Notes under the pieces: model-generated | Database searches by the model: none | Seen by the model: the letters and a program-made list of their open reading frames with translations, nothing else | Told to the model about the DNA's origin: nothing | Assembly: GCA_963828525.1 (NCBI GenBank) | Contig: CAWHEP010000008.1 | Location: forward strand, 320,001 to 384,000 | Reading direction: 5' to 3' | Origin: an uncultured Verrucomicrobiae bacterium | Lineage (GTDB): Bacteria; Verrucomicrobiota; Verrucomicrobiia; Chthoniobacterales; Chthoniobacteraceae | DNA length: 64,000 nucleotides | In this document: piece by piece, positions 10,118 through 21,897 of the stretch | How positions within the stretch are numbered: position 1 is the stretch's first letter | Layout of the letters: every line of letters begins with the position of its first letter | Program-made: the position numbers and the translations under genes

Positions 10118-10830
10118 TTACGACTTTCCCGGACGCAAACGGGGCGGCTCTTCGAGGATGTCCAGCAACGCCTGCGCGCAGAATATGCGGTCGCGGCGCG
10201 CCTCGCCGACCTGCTTCACGATCCGCAGCTTTATGAGGCGGCGTACCGCCGCCGCAGCAGTGTTGTAGGCCACGCCGAGTTGGGTCTCGGCTTTGCGCGC
10301 GGTGATGAACGGATTTGTGCCGAGCAGGTCGAGCAGGCGCAGCGCCACCCCTGATCCGGCGCGGCTCACGCGCTCTCGCCATTGGTCGAGTCGTCGATTG
10401 ATTCTCTCGGCGCGGCTGAGCGCGTCTTCGCTCTGCCGAGCAACGCCATTCAGAAAATAGAGCAGCCAGTCTTCCCACGCGCTTCGCTCAGTGACGGAGC
10501 GCAGTCTGTCGTAGTAATCGCGGCGGGTCGCCTCGAAGAAAGCGCTCAGGTAGAGTAGCGGCAAAGGCAGGGCGCCGCGCTGCATGAGCAGGAGCGTGAT
10601 GAGCAGGCGTCCGACACGGCCGTTGCCGTCGAGGAACGGGTGAACTGGTAGTGTATCAGCGCGGTCTGGATTAGCGACGGGAGGGTTTCGTCGTGCAGGA
10701 ACTTCTCTTACGCGCCCAGAATCCCGAGCATCTCCTCGTGGGGCGGCGGCACGTAGGTCGCTTGCGCCAGCGTGGAGCCAGCTGGGCCAATCCGGTTCTG
10801 TGAAAGGGGCAGTTCGGCCGGCGCGACGCG
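10118..10830 (-). pseudogene. Fic family protein, 5'-truncated and frameshifted
   Basis: Canonical HPFLDGNGRVGR, LYLSAFFEATRRDYYDRL and a C-terminal HTH. Similarity stops just upstream of a degenerate PGEFRRSQNWIG-like segment near 10800-10830. Confidence 0.8.
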
Positions 10831-13436
10831 AGAGGCTGTGCCGCAAATACAATGATGAGTTCAACAGCGTCCGGCTACGCGTGTTCAACGGCAGCCATCT
10901 CACACTGCCCGCGAGCAGCCAGCAGATCATCCTTCGGCCGCACCAAAAGAACGCGATTTGGCGGATCGTGCAGAGCGACAACACGCTCCTCGCGCACGCG
11001 GTCGGCGCGGGAAAGACCTACACGATGGTCGCGGCGGGGATTGAGCTGAAGCGGCTTGGGCTGGCGACGAAGCCGATGTTCGTTGTTCCGAATCACATGC
11101 TCGCGCAGTTTTCGTCGGAGCTGCTCACGCTGTACCCGACGGCGAACATTCTGGTTGCCGGCAAGGAGGACTTCGAGGCGTCGAAGCGAGCGCGGCTTTT
11201 CAGCCGCATCGCGACGGGGAATTGGGATGGCGTCATCGTCACCCATTCGAGCTTCGAGAAAATCCCGGTATCGGTGGAGACACGCCGCGCCTTCATCGAC
11301 GAGCAGCTTTACGAAATCGAACGAGCGATCCGGGAGCAGAAGGGCGAGCGAGGCACACGGCTGGTGAAGGAACTGGAGCGGGTGAAGAAGCGGCTGACGG
11401 CGAAGCTCGAATCGCTTTCCGCCGACCACAAGAAGGACAACACGCTGACCTTCGAGGAACTTGGCATCGACCGGCTCTTCATCGACGAGGCGCACAAGTT
11501 CAAGAATCTCTTCTACGTCACGAAGATGACGCGCGTTGCCGGTCTGCCGCAGACCGCTTCCGAGCGCGCATTCGATATGTTCCTCAAGGTTCAGCACATC
11601 CAGTCGAAGAACAAAGGCGGTGGCGTGGTCTTCGCGACCGGCACGCCGATTTCCAACACGATGGCGGAGATGTTCACGATGCAGCGCTACTTGCAAATGG
11701 GCGCGCTGCGGCGCAATCAACTCCAGCATTTCGATTCGTGGGCCGGCACCTTTGGCGAGACCGTGACCGCGATGGAACTCAGCCCGGATGGCAGCCGGAT
11801 ACCGGCTGCAGAGTCGCTTCGCGCGCTTCGTCAACGTGCCGGAGTTGATGCAGCAGTTCCGCCAGGTCGCCGATGTGCAGACCGCGGAGATGTTGAAATT
11901 GCCGGTGCCGAAGATGGAGCAAGGCGGGCCGATCACCGTCAGCGCGCCGACCACTCCCGAGTTGAAGCGCTTCGTCGATCAACTCGTGAAGCGAACCGAG
12001 AAGATCAAGAGCGGAAAGGTCGATCCACGCGACGACAACATGCTCAAGATCACGACCGAAGGCCGGAAAGCGGCGCTCGATCTCCGTCTCGTCCTTCCGC
12101 ATGTCCGCGATAACCCGGACTCCAAAACCAATCTGGCCGTGGAAAAGATTCACCAGGCTGGCTCGACTCCACGCCGACAGAAAGGCGCGCAGCTCGTCTT
12201 TTGCGACATGTCCACGCCGCAGGCCGGGTGGCCGAGGCGTTCTCGGTCTATGACGACGTGCGCGCCAAGCTGCTTGCCCGCGGGATTCCCGAGCGACGAA
12301 ATCGCGTTCATCCAGGACTGCAACGACGACACCGCCAAAGCCTCGCTCTTCAAAAACGTGCGCGAAGGCAAAGTGCGCGTGCTTTTCGGCAGCACGGCCA
12401 AGATGGGCGAAGGCACCAACGTGCAAAAGCGGCTCGTCGCGCTTCACCATCTCGATGCGCCGTGGCGTCCTGCCGACATCGAGCAGCGCGACGGCCGCAT
12501 TCTCCGCCAGGGCAATCAGAACGAATACGTGAAGGTTTTCCGCTATGTCACCGAAGGCAGTTTCGACGCCTACATGTGGCAGACGCTGGAGACGAAATGC
12601 CGCTTCATCGCGCAGGTGATGAATGGCGACGCGACGGTGCGCCGCGCCGAGGACGTGGACGCCGCCGCGCTCACCTACGCCGAGGTGAAGGCCATCGCCT
12701 CCGGCAATCCGCTCGTCATCGAGAAAGCGCACGTCGATGCCGAAGTGATGCGGCTCACCCGGCTCAAAAAGCAGCACGCCGAAAGCCTCTACCAAATGCG
12801 CTACCGGCTGAAAGGGCTTGGGCGACAACATCCAGCGTTGTGAGCGCGAGATCGCCAGCATCCGCGAAGACCTGCGCACCCGCACCACCACCCGCGGCGA
12901 CAATTTCTCGATGACGGTGCAAAAGGAAACCTTCACCGACCGCGTGAAAGCCGGTCGCGCGCTCGTCTTCCTCGCCGCCGCGATGAAGCCATTCCAATCC
13001 ACCAAGGCCATCGGCGAGATCGGCGGCTTCCCCATCTCGCTGCATCGCTTCGACGAACGCGCCAACCTCGTCATCCACGGGAAAGTGCGAATACAAAGCC
13101 AACGTCAGCGACAGCCCGACCGGCACCATCTCCTCCGTCGAGCACGCTCTCGACAGCATGGCAGATCGCCTGCGCGAGCGTGAATCCGACCTCAAGCAGG
13201 CTCACAAGCAAACCGAAGACCTCACCAAGCAACTCGACCATCCCTTCGAGCACGAGGAGAAGCTGACCGTGGCCACAAAGCGGCAGCAGGAGATCGTCGC
13301 CGCTCTCGACATCACGAAGAATCAGGCATCCGCCAAGCTCGACGAAGGCGCGGAGCAATCGGTCGAATCTGTGGACGAAATCCCTCAGCAAATCATCCGT
13401 TCGAAGCGCCCGATTGCCGCCTCTTTGGCAGTGTGA
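10825..13436 (+). pseudogene. C-terminal SNF2-type helicase part of a DarB-like large methylase/helicase of mobile elements; 5'-truncated, frameshifted
   Basis: YNDEFNSVRLRVFNGSHL, LLAHAVGAGKT, LFIDEAHKFKN, FATGTPISN, GEGTNVQKRL, PWRPADIEQRDGRILRQGN and YVTEGSFDAYMWQ, spread over four ORFs. Confidence 0.8.
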
Positions 13437-13510
13437 CAGGCGCGCGCGGTCGAAGAGAAGAAAGGCCGGGGCGCCGCGGTGGATGGGGCCGCCGGAGTCC
13501 ACACACCGTT

Positions 13511-15514
13511 CTAAAGATCTTCCCGGAAAAAGCGCTCAGACTTGATCGCGGCGTTGAGAGTCATCCGCATCCATACGGTGTTCTCGCGCATATCCGTTGG
13601 TGGCGGGGTGGTCGTTGTAAGAATGTATTGAAACGGGAATTCGTCCGCGGAAGCCGACTCCTCCTCCATCCGCTTGGCATAGAGAAAAAAGCGCTCATAG
13701 ATTACTCGGGACAAATCGGCTTCTCGCGGTCCGTCGTGAATTAAGAGCCGAGGATGAAAACCGTCGCCCTCAATACTTTGCACGAGGGCGGCGAGATCGA
13801 AAGCTAGGACGCGGATCGTGGCGAGCGCAGAGCCTTGAAGTTCGGCATTTCGCTGGATGCGGAGCGTAAGCCCTTTTTCTGTGACCGTTGCTTTGGCACT
13901 GACCTGCGGCCCCATGACAGCACGAACGACATCGCCGAAAATTTCGGAGAATTTGTCCAAGCCCGACTCGGCGTCTTTCCGTTTCTCGATAACGTCCGCT
14001 CGTCGGACTTCAAGTGTTTCCTTGGCCTTGGTCAGCCTGTCGTTCACGGCTTTCAGCGCGGCCCGTGAAAGCTGAACATTTGCGATTCGTTCGACACGAG
14101 CAGCATTCGCGGAGTATTGGCCGCGCAATGGTGCGAGGCGCGCCTTTCGATTGTTCTCAGCGCCCTTCTTCACTGCTTCGGCGCTGACAAGTTCACGATT
14201 TATTTTTGCGAGTTCATCCCGCTTCACCGAAAAATCGCACGATTGCTTTCCAAGACGGGCCTCGAGGCGCACGCGCTGTCGATCGAATGTCTTTGCCGGA
14301 GGCTCAGCAGGCGGAAGCAGCTTGCCCTGCTCCTCGACGCATTTATTGGCCACTGCCTGCGCCCAAGTATGAGGGCAAAAACCATCTGCGGCTCTTGCCG
14401 GGTTCTCACGAGCCTGATCCTGCAACTGTTGCAGGTCATCCTTTGTCGTCTCGATGTCCTTAGTCGTGTCGGCCACCGAGTTTTTCAAAGCCGCGACTTC
14501 AGAACTCAGCCCGCTCTGCAATTCGAGAGCCTTAAAACTTCCTCTTGCGCACGGTCCAGTTCTGCATCGTCGCCAAGTTTCTCAAGCTCTTCGGCAATGA
14601 TTTCGCCGGCTCCGGATAGGAGTTTGCGTTTCGCCTCCAAAGCGTCGTCATCATCGTATAAGGAAAGCAAATCAGCATCCAGACGATATCTGTCCTCCTC
14701 CAGCTTGGCCATGGCAACGCGTTCTTCAGCGTCCAGTTTCTCAACGTCCTTGGTCGAAGTCTCAGCCAAAACCCACGCGGCGTGTTCCTTCGGTTCGAGC
14801 AGGCGCAAGACCGCTCGCATAAGCAAATGTTGATCGGCCATGGTCGTCTCGGGCGCATCCGCTTCGCTGAGCGCGCTGTTCCTCCAAAGGTGTATTGCTG
14901 CGAAGCGGCATTCCTGATCACGCGCAAGCCACGGTAGCATTTGGCGCCAGGCGTATCGCGGGTCGGCCGGAAGCGGCAGGCAGCACGCGGCTTCCAAAGT
15001 TTCGACGAATTGCTCGAAGCTGCCGCGCGGTTGTGGCGGTTGCTGCGTGAGGAACGTCTCGATTTCCCAACCCTTAAGCGCGAAGTGATGAAGGGACGGC
15101 ACGAGTGTGCGTCCGACGAGCCAGCAGTCGGTTCCGATGAATACTTCTGCGAGAGCCCAAGCCTCCGTGAACACCGTTCGCACCGCTTCTCGTAGAGCAT
15201 CAGGACCGAAGTTTCCCTCACCGAGTACGTAGCGGAGCACACGGCAAAAAGTTGTCTTGCCCGAAGAATGTCCTGCGATGCCATCCTCGTAAAGTTCAGC
15301 TGGCTCAGCGGCGTCTTCAGGAGGTGCCCATATGATGTTTAGACCTCTCTTCAGCCGAGACACGGCGTATCTCATAATCTCTGCCGTAGACGTCTTTTCC
15401 GGGTAGTAACCTTCGCAGGATGCGTAATTCTCGCACCCACATAACAGGTGTGATGACGCCGGCAGCCGGCTTCATAGGACGGCTTAGCGACAAATGCTTT
15501 TGCGTGGTCCTCAT
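13511..15514 (-). CDS. SMC/Rad50-like ABC ATPase of the ABC-three-component (Lamassu LmuB-like) type, ~665 aa, frameshifts near 15350 and 14515
   Basis: MWVRELRI...LKRGLNIIW, Walker A GHSSGKTT, WLARDQECRF, a coiled coil, VLAFDLAAL, Walker B LLIHDGPREADL and FQYILTTT. Confidence 0.75.
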
Positions 15515-15516
15515 AT

Positions 15517-18500
15517 CACTAGCATTAGCAAGTTCCGCCGCGTCTTCAGCAGGGAACCAAAGGTCGTCATCGCTCAATAGTGGCGATCGTTTCGAGATCA
15601 AGAATAAGCCGTGCGAACCGCGCATCCGCGACAACAAACGCGGTGGCATCGGGAGATTGTGTGGTAAGTCGAGTCCATGTGCTACTTCGAGCAGTCGCAC
15701 CTCGAAGCCTTGCTCAGAGTGGAACATGCCAAGACGGCCCATGTGCATAAGCCGATGACTTGTGGGCGAAACTCGGCCCGAAGCACTTGCTGAGGGTTCG
15801 ATTTCTTCCACGAGTTCGTAAGGGTAAGGTCGTGCTGCTTCCCAGAGGGAGAAGAGGCGTGCGTGGTCCGAGAGCAACCGGCAGGCAGCGATTAATGTTT
15901 CCAATGGCAATTCTTCCTCGACCCAATGGCTAGCAAAACGACAACAAGGTCTTCAAGATAAGCGGAACTAGAGCGTGGTGCGCGATGGCCTTCGGATATA
16001 AAGAGGGGGGTGTCATCGCTTGGCCATTCAACGCGATCGAAAGTTCCGATGCGGTGACTACGCCGGGACGGCGCGAGCCAAGGTGTGCGAGTTCCCGGGC
16101 GAGCATTTGTGGATCACGACACACATGGAAATGCCAGCGGCCCATACGACCCCAATTATTCACCGCTGATACCCAGCGTTTCGCGGCTTGGAATTTCGCT
16201 TCCTCCTGCTCGCCCATCATTCCCTTAATCTCCAAAATGAGCGTCGTGCCGTCTTTCAGACGAACGAGGAAGTCTGGGTAGAAGAGATGAGACTGACCAA
16301 AAAATTCGTAGGGAATGCCAAAGCCAAGGTGGGATGTGCCGCCGTCATCATTGCGCGCGTAGAAGACGACGTTATCCGAAGCCTCCAGCGTGAAAGAAGA
16401 GGAACGCTCCCATGTGTCGGTGTCGAGCACGACGTGATCAACGTGGCTCTTTTGTGTCGGATGGCAGGGGCGCGTCGTGTTGAACAGAACATCAGCCGTC
16501 GAGCCATGAGGATTGAACCGATTGATAACAGGTAGTAGCGGCGGTTCCCCAGCGGCTGTGTCTGGCTCGATGGCTGCCACAAGCCGGCTCCACTGCCTGG
16601 TCCGCGTAAATCTGCAGACCAAGCTCGCGGCGGTCGGTAGCTCCGCTCCATTCCACGCGCGTTCGGACGAAAGGTTCCACGATTTTCACGACCTGCGGGA
16701 AAAGCTCGTGACGAGCTTGATAGCGAAACTTCGCCCGCTTCTCTTCCTGCGTGTCGGTCAGCCGAGCAACAATCTGCCGTGCGATCTCGAAGAGGATCGT
16801 CTGAAGGTGGTGGTTCTCGTAGTAGCTGTCGCGGTTTTGCAGCTCGGTCTTAAATGAAGGGGAACCGACGTGCCCCTCCCGCACCCCGACCTGTGGCTGC
16901 ACAAACACCTGCATCGGATTCTGCATCGGCCGGATGCGCACGGCTTCGACTTTCGGCAGGTCGCAGCGCACGAGGTTGCGCTTCAGCTCCAGCACGTAGC
17001 CCTCGACATTCGGGAAACGCATTTCCATCGCTGCCCGTTTCCGGCAGCGCTTTTACCTGCGTCACCGGCTTGTCGTCCGGCTCCGGTTGTTTCGAGGCGC
17101 GGCCTTTGAACGGAATCACCGAAAACGGAATGCCATAAACATCCACATATTCGGGACGCAGCATCCCCGTCGTCTGGATCGACATCGTAGCTGATGCGAC
17201 GCAGCCCACGCCCGACAACCTGCTCGCACAGGAGCTGGCTGCCGAATGCGCGGAGGCCAAGGATTTGCGTCACATTATTCGCGTCCCAACCTTCCGTCAG
17301 CATCTGCACGCTCACGACACAGCGGATGTGCTCGCCGATCGTTCCAGGCTGACCCACGGATGCGATGATCTGCCGCAGCTTTTCCGCCTCCTGCTGTTTG
17401 CTGCTGCCTTCGCTAGCCTCGGCTTCCGCGAGGAGCTTTCGAGTCGATCCGCAGCGTCACCGTGCGCTCCTCGGTGTTCGCGAGTTCCGGGAAAGGCAGC
17501 CCGGCGCTGTTGAAGCGCCGGATTTTCCTCACCTTCGCTTTCTTTTTTGATCCTTCTGCTTCTGCTTCGGTCTCATCCGTCGCCTTCGCTCTGCTAACTT
17601 CCTCCTGCGTCTCACCCGAGAGCTTCTCAAAGAAAACCTGCGCCATATCCGTGTTGTCGCAGACGACAATCATCACCGGGGGCACGACGGTCTGGCCGGG
17701 CTTGGCTTCCCGCTGCTGCTGAAAGCGCTCCTGCCACTGCGAGCCGAGCGTGGACAGCGCCGGCCCTGCATAAAGCCATGCCGCATCAGGTTTTGGTTTG
17801 CCTTTGTCCATCTGCGCGGGCTGGCACTGCTTTTGATCTCGTCCCATAGCCGAAAAAACTTCGAGTCCGGGCTTCCCGCTTGCGTCGCTCACCGGCAACG
17901 CGCGGGATTTTTGTAATCCCGCTTTCAATTGCATCCACTAGGCCGAAGTCGCTGACCAGCCAGGGGAATGGCGAGCCTTCGATCCAGCCACTGCCCGCCA
18001 GGTAAAATGGCGTCGCCGACAAATCCATGCAAAACGCCACGCCCGTCGCCTGGTTGATCTTGTCGAGTCCTTCGACCCAAACTGTCGCTTCCTCCGCGTC
18101 TTCTTTGCTCGCCTCGCCAAAAACATCGGCGTTCTTTTTCCGCTTCGACTTCGCCGCGATCTCCGGCGGCGCGGGACGGTAGGCGTGGTGCGCTTCGTCA
18201 TTAAGTACCAGCACTTCACCGAGGCCGTAGAGTTCCTTGAGCACGCGCCGCGCAAAGGCGTCCGGGCCTTCTTCGCCCTTGTCTACGACCGCGTAATTCT
18301 TTCCGCCTTCCGTGTGCGCAGATTCGGGCGCAAACGCGTGCCAGTTCGTAATCATCACCCGGCCTTGCAGCATTAGCGGGCGCAGTTGGCTCGGCACGAT
18401 GTCGAACTTCTCATAATAGCTCTCCGCGCCGAGATCGGGCCGAAGCACTTGCAGGCGTTCCTTCACCGTCAGGTTCGGGCAGACGGCCAGGACCGCGCGA

Positions 18501-19207
18501 GGAAAGCGCGTGTCACCGGGCACCGCGCCGCGATTGCACAGCGTCCACGCGGTTAGCATCGCCATCACCACGGTTTTGCCGGAGCCCGTCGCCATCTTGC
18601 AGCCGTAGCGGGTAAGTTTTTCCAATCCTCTCGCAGCGGTGGGTCGGAAAGTCGCGCAACAAATTCGCCCTTCGCTGTCCGCTCCAAGGCCGATCTCGCC
18701 GGGATTCAAAAGGGCGTCGTATTGTTCTCGGCTCACGGCTGCTTTTCCGCGGCGGGTCCGTCCAGCGGCGAGTAGTTCAGTGAGATAGATCACTGTCTCT
18801 ACCGCTTCGATCTGGCAGAAGAAGAAACGCCGTTTCCGATCCGGGCTGCGCCAGTGGCGAAGCAGCTTCTTCGTCGTCTGCGTGGCGTTCTCGTAATCGT
18901 TCTCCCGCCACTTCGCCACGTCCTCGCGCAGGCGATTCACGAGATCAAGCTTCTCGCTGCCGCTGTCGCCGGAGCCGATGTCCTCAAGGTCCATCTGGCC
19001 GGTCATCACTCGCTGCGTCGTCCAGAAGTATTCCGCTGGCCGCCGGCCCGGCTCACGATGCGCCTTGCCCTGCTTATCGTATTTCCAGTGCTGCTTCGGC
19101 TCGTCGTATGGCCCGTTGATGATTGGCTCCTCGACTTGAGCCTGCACCGGCAACTCCGGCTGGTTGGAGGCGGGCGGTTTCGGGACAGTGTTAGTGGTGC
19201 GCGGCAT
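15517..19207 (-). CDS. Type III restriction enzyme Res subunit (BPTD_3080-like family) with a probable C-terminal extension; several frameshifts
   Basis: [70 protein letters not shown] and the nuclease motif YPDFLVRL...ILEIKG. The core ends near 16080; coding-like sequence continues to ~15520. Confidence 0.85.
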
Positions 19208-19209
19208 GA

Positions 19210-21894
19210 TTACGGGTTCCTCTCACGAACGACACGTTCCGGCCCTGCGAATGCGACCAGGACACCTAATGTTTGGCACACCGAACGAACGATGTGATCC
19301 TCTAGCGGTCTGTCAGGTGCAATAAAGGTGCCCTGTTGCTGGATGCGAAGAGCAATCTCGATGGCGGGTTTGCCTAGTGCCGTGGCTAACCGCCTCTCGG
19401 AAATCCCGTGAGGAACTGTAGCGATTGCAAACCCGTTCGCGAATTCTACAAGGAGGCGAGTGTCGTTGTCCTTCTCAGGAATCTCTTCGTTAACAGGTGC
19501 AGCTTCCTCGGGCGGTCGCGACACCTCAAATTGAGCTGCGACAGTTGCTGGCTCCGCTTTCTCGCGCCAAGAAAGAGAGTCTCCCATTGCCTCCAGGAAC
19601 GGAGAGGGGCTGCCGCTGTAAATGAAGCGCACTTCGTCGCGTCCGCGGGTGATCGCAACATACAAGCGCAGTGCGTCTCTCCACTGCTCGTCGTGGGGCC
19701 GACCCTTCAAGGGAAAAGCGCCGTCCTCCAGCCCCAGAATGATGATCAGGCTAAACTCAAAACCCTTGATCGTTGCAATGTCAGAGATGACAACAGCGGA
19801 CGGGTCGAGGAAGTAGTCCCCGCTGAGGTCAGAAACCTTGATCCCCGGAGGGCAAGCCTGACGAATCTTGTCCAAGCTGACGGCATCGAGATTCGCCGAG
19901 GCGATACAGACTGAAAAGGACTTGTGGCCTGCACGTAGCCATCCCTGAACCTCACGCCATGCTTGCGCGACCGGGTTGCTTGCTTTGAACGCGATTGGTT
20001 TTGCTGAGTCGCGCTCTGCCAATTCTGGATCGAGCACCTTGAGCTCTGAGTCTCCGCTGGAACTTGGAGGTGGAAAGACTTTAAGCAAACGATCCGCTGC
20101 CATAAGAATTTGGCGCGAGTTGCGGTAATTCTTACGGATACTTCGCAGGACACGATCGGTCGGGCCGATCTTGGCTTTATTGAGATCCAGCTCCTTCGCA
20201 TAAAGCTTTTGCGCCAAGTCGCCCGTGAGGAAGAGCCCGTTCTGCGTGTCGGTAGGAACCCGTGCAAGCAATTGCAGATCGAGGGTCGAAAAATCCTGGA
20301 ACTCATCGACCAACACCGCCCGATAGCGAAACAAAGCCGGAATGCTTGCCATCTCTTCCACTGCCAGCATGGCCGCCTGACAAAGACCCATGTGGTCGAG
20401 AAAGCGGCGTCGAATCTGGTATCCCTCCCAATCGTGAAGCAGAGAGAGCACCTGTTCTCGACGTTCCGTTTGAAACTGAATTGAGCGCCCCTCCCGTTCG
20501 AAGCCATCCCGATACGCAGTATATTCCTCGTAACAGCGGAATGCACTGCGGATCAGTTCCAACTCCTCGTAGATGTAGTCGGAGAGACTAAGGGATTGAT
20601 CCTGCGAATAGAGATAGACCTCAAGATTGTTGTAGTTGTCTCGTGCGGGTCCGGTGAGTTGATCGGTGAACTCGCCGAATATTCCCTTCAAAACGCGTTC
20701 ATCGAGCGACTTGAAAAGGTCTTCAAGACGATCCGGCGGGGTGGCCTCAAGCAAGTTGCGAATTGCCTCACCGTGGTTCGTGTAGGTGCCAAGAAGTTCG
20801 AGGAACTTCGTCAGGTCCAAGGAGGCCAGGAGGCTCGCCAAATAGTCGTGAAAGGAGCGCACATCCACGCGCTCGTGTTCGCCGTCGACGCATAGACGCT
20901 TGATTAGATTCTCAAGAAGCCGAGCTAGGCTGCGATTTAGGGTTAGGACGAGTATCCTCTTGTCAGGGTAGCACCGTGCGAGCCGACGAGCGCGATGGAC
21001 CAACACACAAGTTTTCCCCGAACCTGACACCCCGGTCAGGACGGCCTGCTTGTCGAAGTCTTCATCCACGACACGCCTCTGCCCGGGATGAAGAAAAACC
21101 ATCCACTCTTCAAACCGTGTGGGGTCCTCCATGAGTTTGCGCTCTGCCTCGCTTAACGGGTTGAGATGAACGAATCTTTCTGCGTTCACCGGAAGGGCGA
21201 GCACTTCATCCGTTACAATGCTTTCAATCGGGATTGTATCGGAGGCAACGACGCGACTGCCTTGGTAAGCCTCAATCACCGCCACTGCCTCTGAATACTC
21301 ACATCGCTTAACGTGATTCAGTGCCGCGATAACGGCGGAGCCGAGTGAAGCGTCTTGCGCCTGCAATTCCGCAAGCAACTCCCATTGCTCCTCCTCGGTG
21401 TGGTTTTCGTTGAGCGCAAGCAATCCGAAGCGGAATCCTGTGTCCTCTATCAGCGCCGTCCAATTAACACCGTCGATCCGCTTGAAGTAGGGTCTGTGAT
21501 CAAGGGTGGGCGTTCCAGTGCGCAGATCACCCCGACTTGCTGTCTCCGGCGCGTTGATCAAAACAACCTCTTGAGTCTCAGGCTTGAATGACAGCTTGAT
21601 TCCAGCGTTCTGCGACAGCCACGCCTGACACGCATCATGATTACCTACATACAGTGCGAGGCAGGTGTCTCCTTCTTGAAGTGTGATCAGGCGGAAGCCA
21701 TCACCGAGATTGAACTTTACACAATTGCGAATGCGAGTTTCGCCGTGGTCAGTTGTCTGAACACCGGGAGGCAAACCCGCTTCCAAATTGTTTAAAACGA
21801 CAGCAGCTTTCTTCACACGCTGGCCGTCCTGCCCGCCAAGCTCCACAAGTGCGCGGTACGCGTTCAGGTAGGATTTATATTGGACGACTCTCAT
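19210..21894 (-). CDS. SF1 UvrD-like helicase with N-terminal RelE-like and C-terminal IF2_N-like domains
   Basis: Intact 894-aa ORF with FLHPGQ, GVSGSGKT, VLVDEFQDF, GDLAQK, NYRNSRQI, KGFEF and LYVAITRGR. The terminal domain calls are by pattern recognition. Confidence 0.85.
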   Translation of the reverse strand: MRVVQYKSYLNAYRALVELGGQDGQRVKKAAVVLNNLEAGLPPGVQTTDHGETRIRNCVKFNLGDGFRLITLQEGDTCLALYVGNHDACQAWLSQNAGIKLSFKPETQEVVLINAPETASRGDLRTGTPTLDHRPYFKRIDGVNWTALIEDTGFRFGLLALNENHTEEEQWELLAELQAQDASLGSAVIAALNHVKRCEYSEAVAVIEAYQGSRVVASDTIPIESIVTDEVLALPVNAERFVHLNPLSEAERKLMEDPTRFEEWMVFLHPGQRRVVDEDFDKQAVLTGVSGSGKTCVLVHRARRLARCYPDKRILVLTLNRSLARLLENLIKRLCVDGEHERVDVRSFHDYLASLLASLDLTKFLELLGTYTNHGEAIRNLLEATPPDRLEDLFKSLDERVLKGIFGEFTDQLTGPARDNYNNLEVYLYSQDQSLSLSDYIYEELELIRSAFRCYEEYTAYRDGFEREGRSIQFQTERREQVLSLLHDWEGYQIRRRFLDHMGLCQAAMLAVEEMASIPALFRYRAVLVDEFQDFSTLDLQLLARVPTDTQNGLFLTGDLAQKLYAKELDLNKAKIGPTDRVLRSIRKNYRNSRQILMAADRLLKVFPPPSSSGDSELKVLDPELAERDSAKPIAFKASNPVAQAWREVQGWLRAGHKSFSVCIASANLDAVSLDKIRQACPPGIKVSDLSGDYFLDPSAVVISDIATIKGFEFSLIIILGLEDGAFPLKGRPHDEQWRDALRLYVAITRGRDEVRFIYSGSPSPFLEAMGDSLSWREKAEPATVAAQFEVSRPPEEAAPVNEEIPEKDNDTRLLVEFANGFAIATVPHGISERRLATALGKPAIEIALRIQQQGTFIAPDRPLEDHIVRSVCQTLGVLVAFAGPERVVRERNP

Positions 21895-21897
21895 TTC

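Noticed and set aside
19210..21894. Gabija (GajB) assignment for the UvrD-like helicase
   Set aside because: There is no adjacent OLD/TOPRIM nuclease, and the protein is much longer with extra terminal domains.
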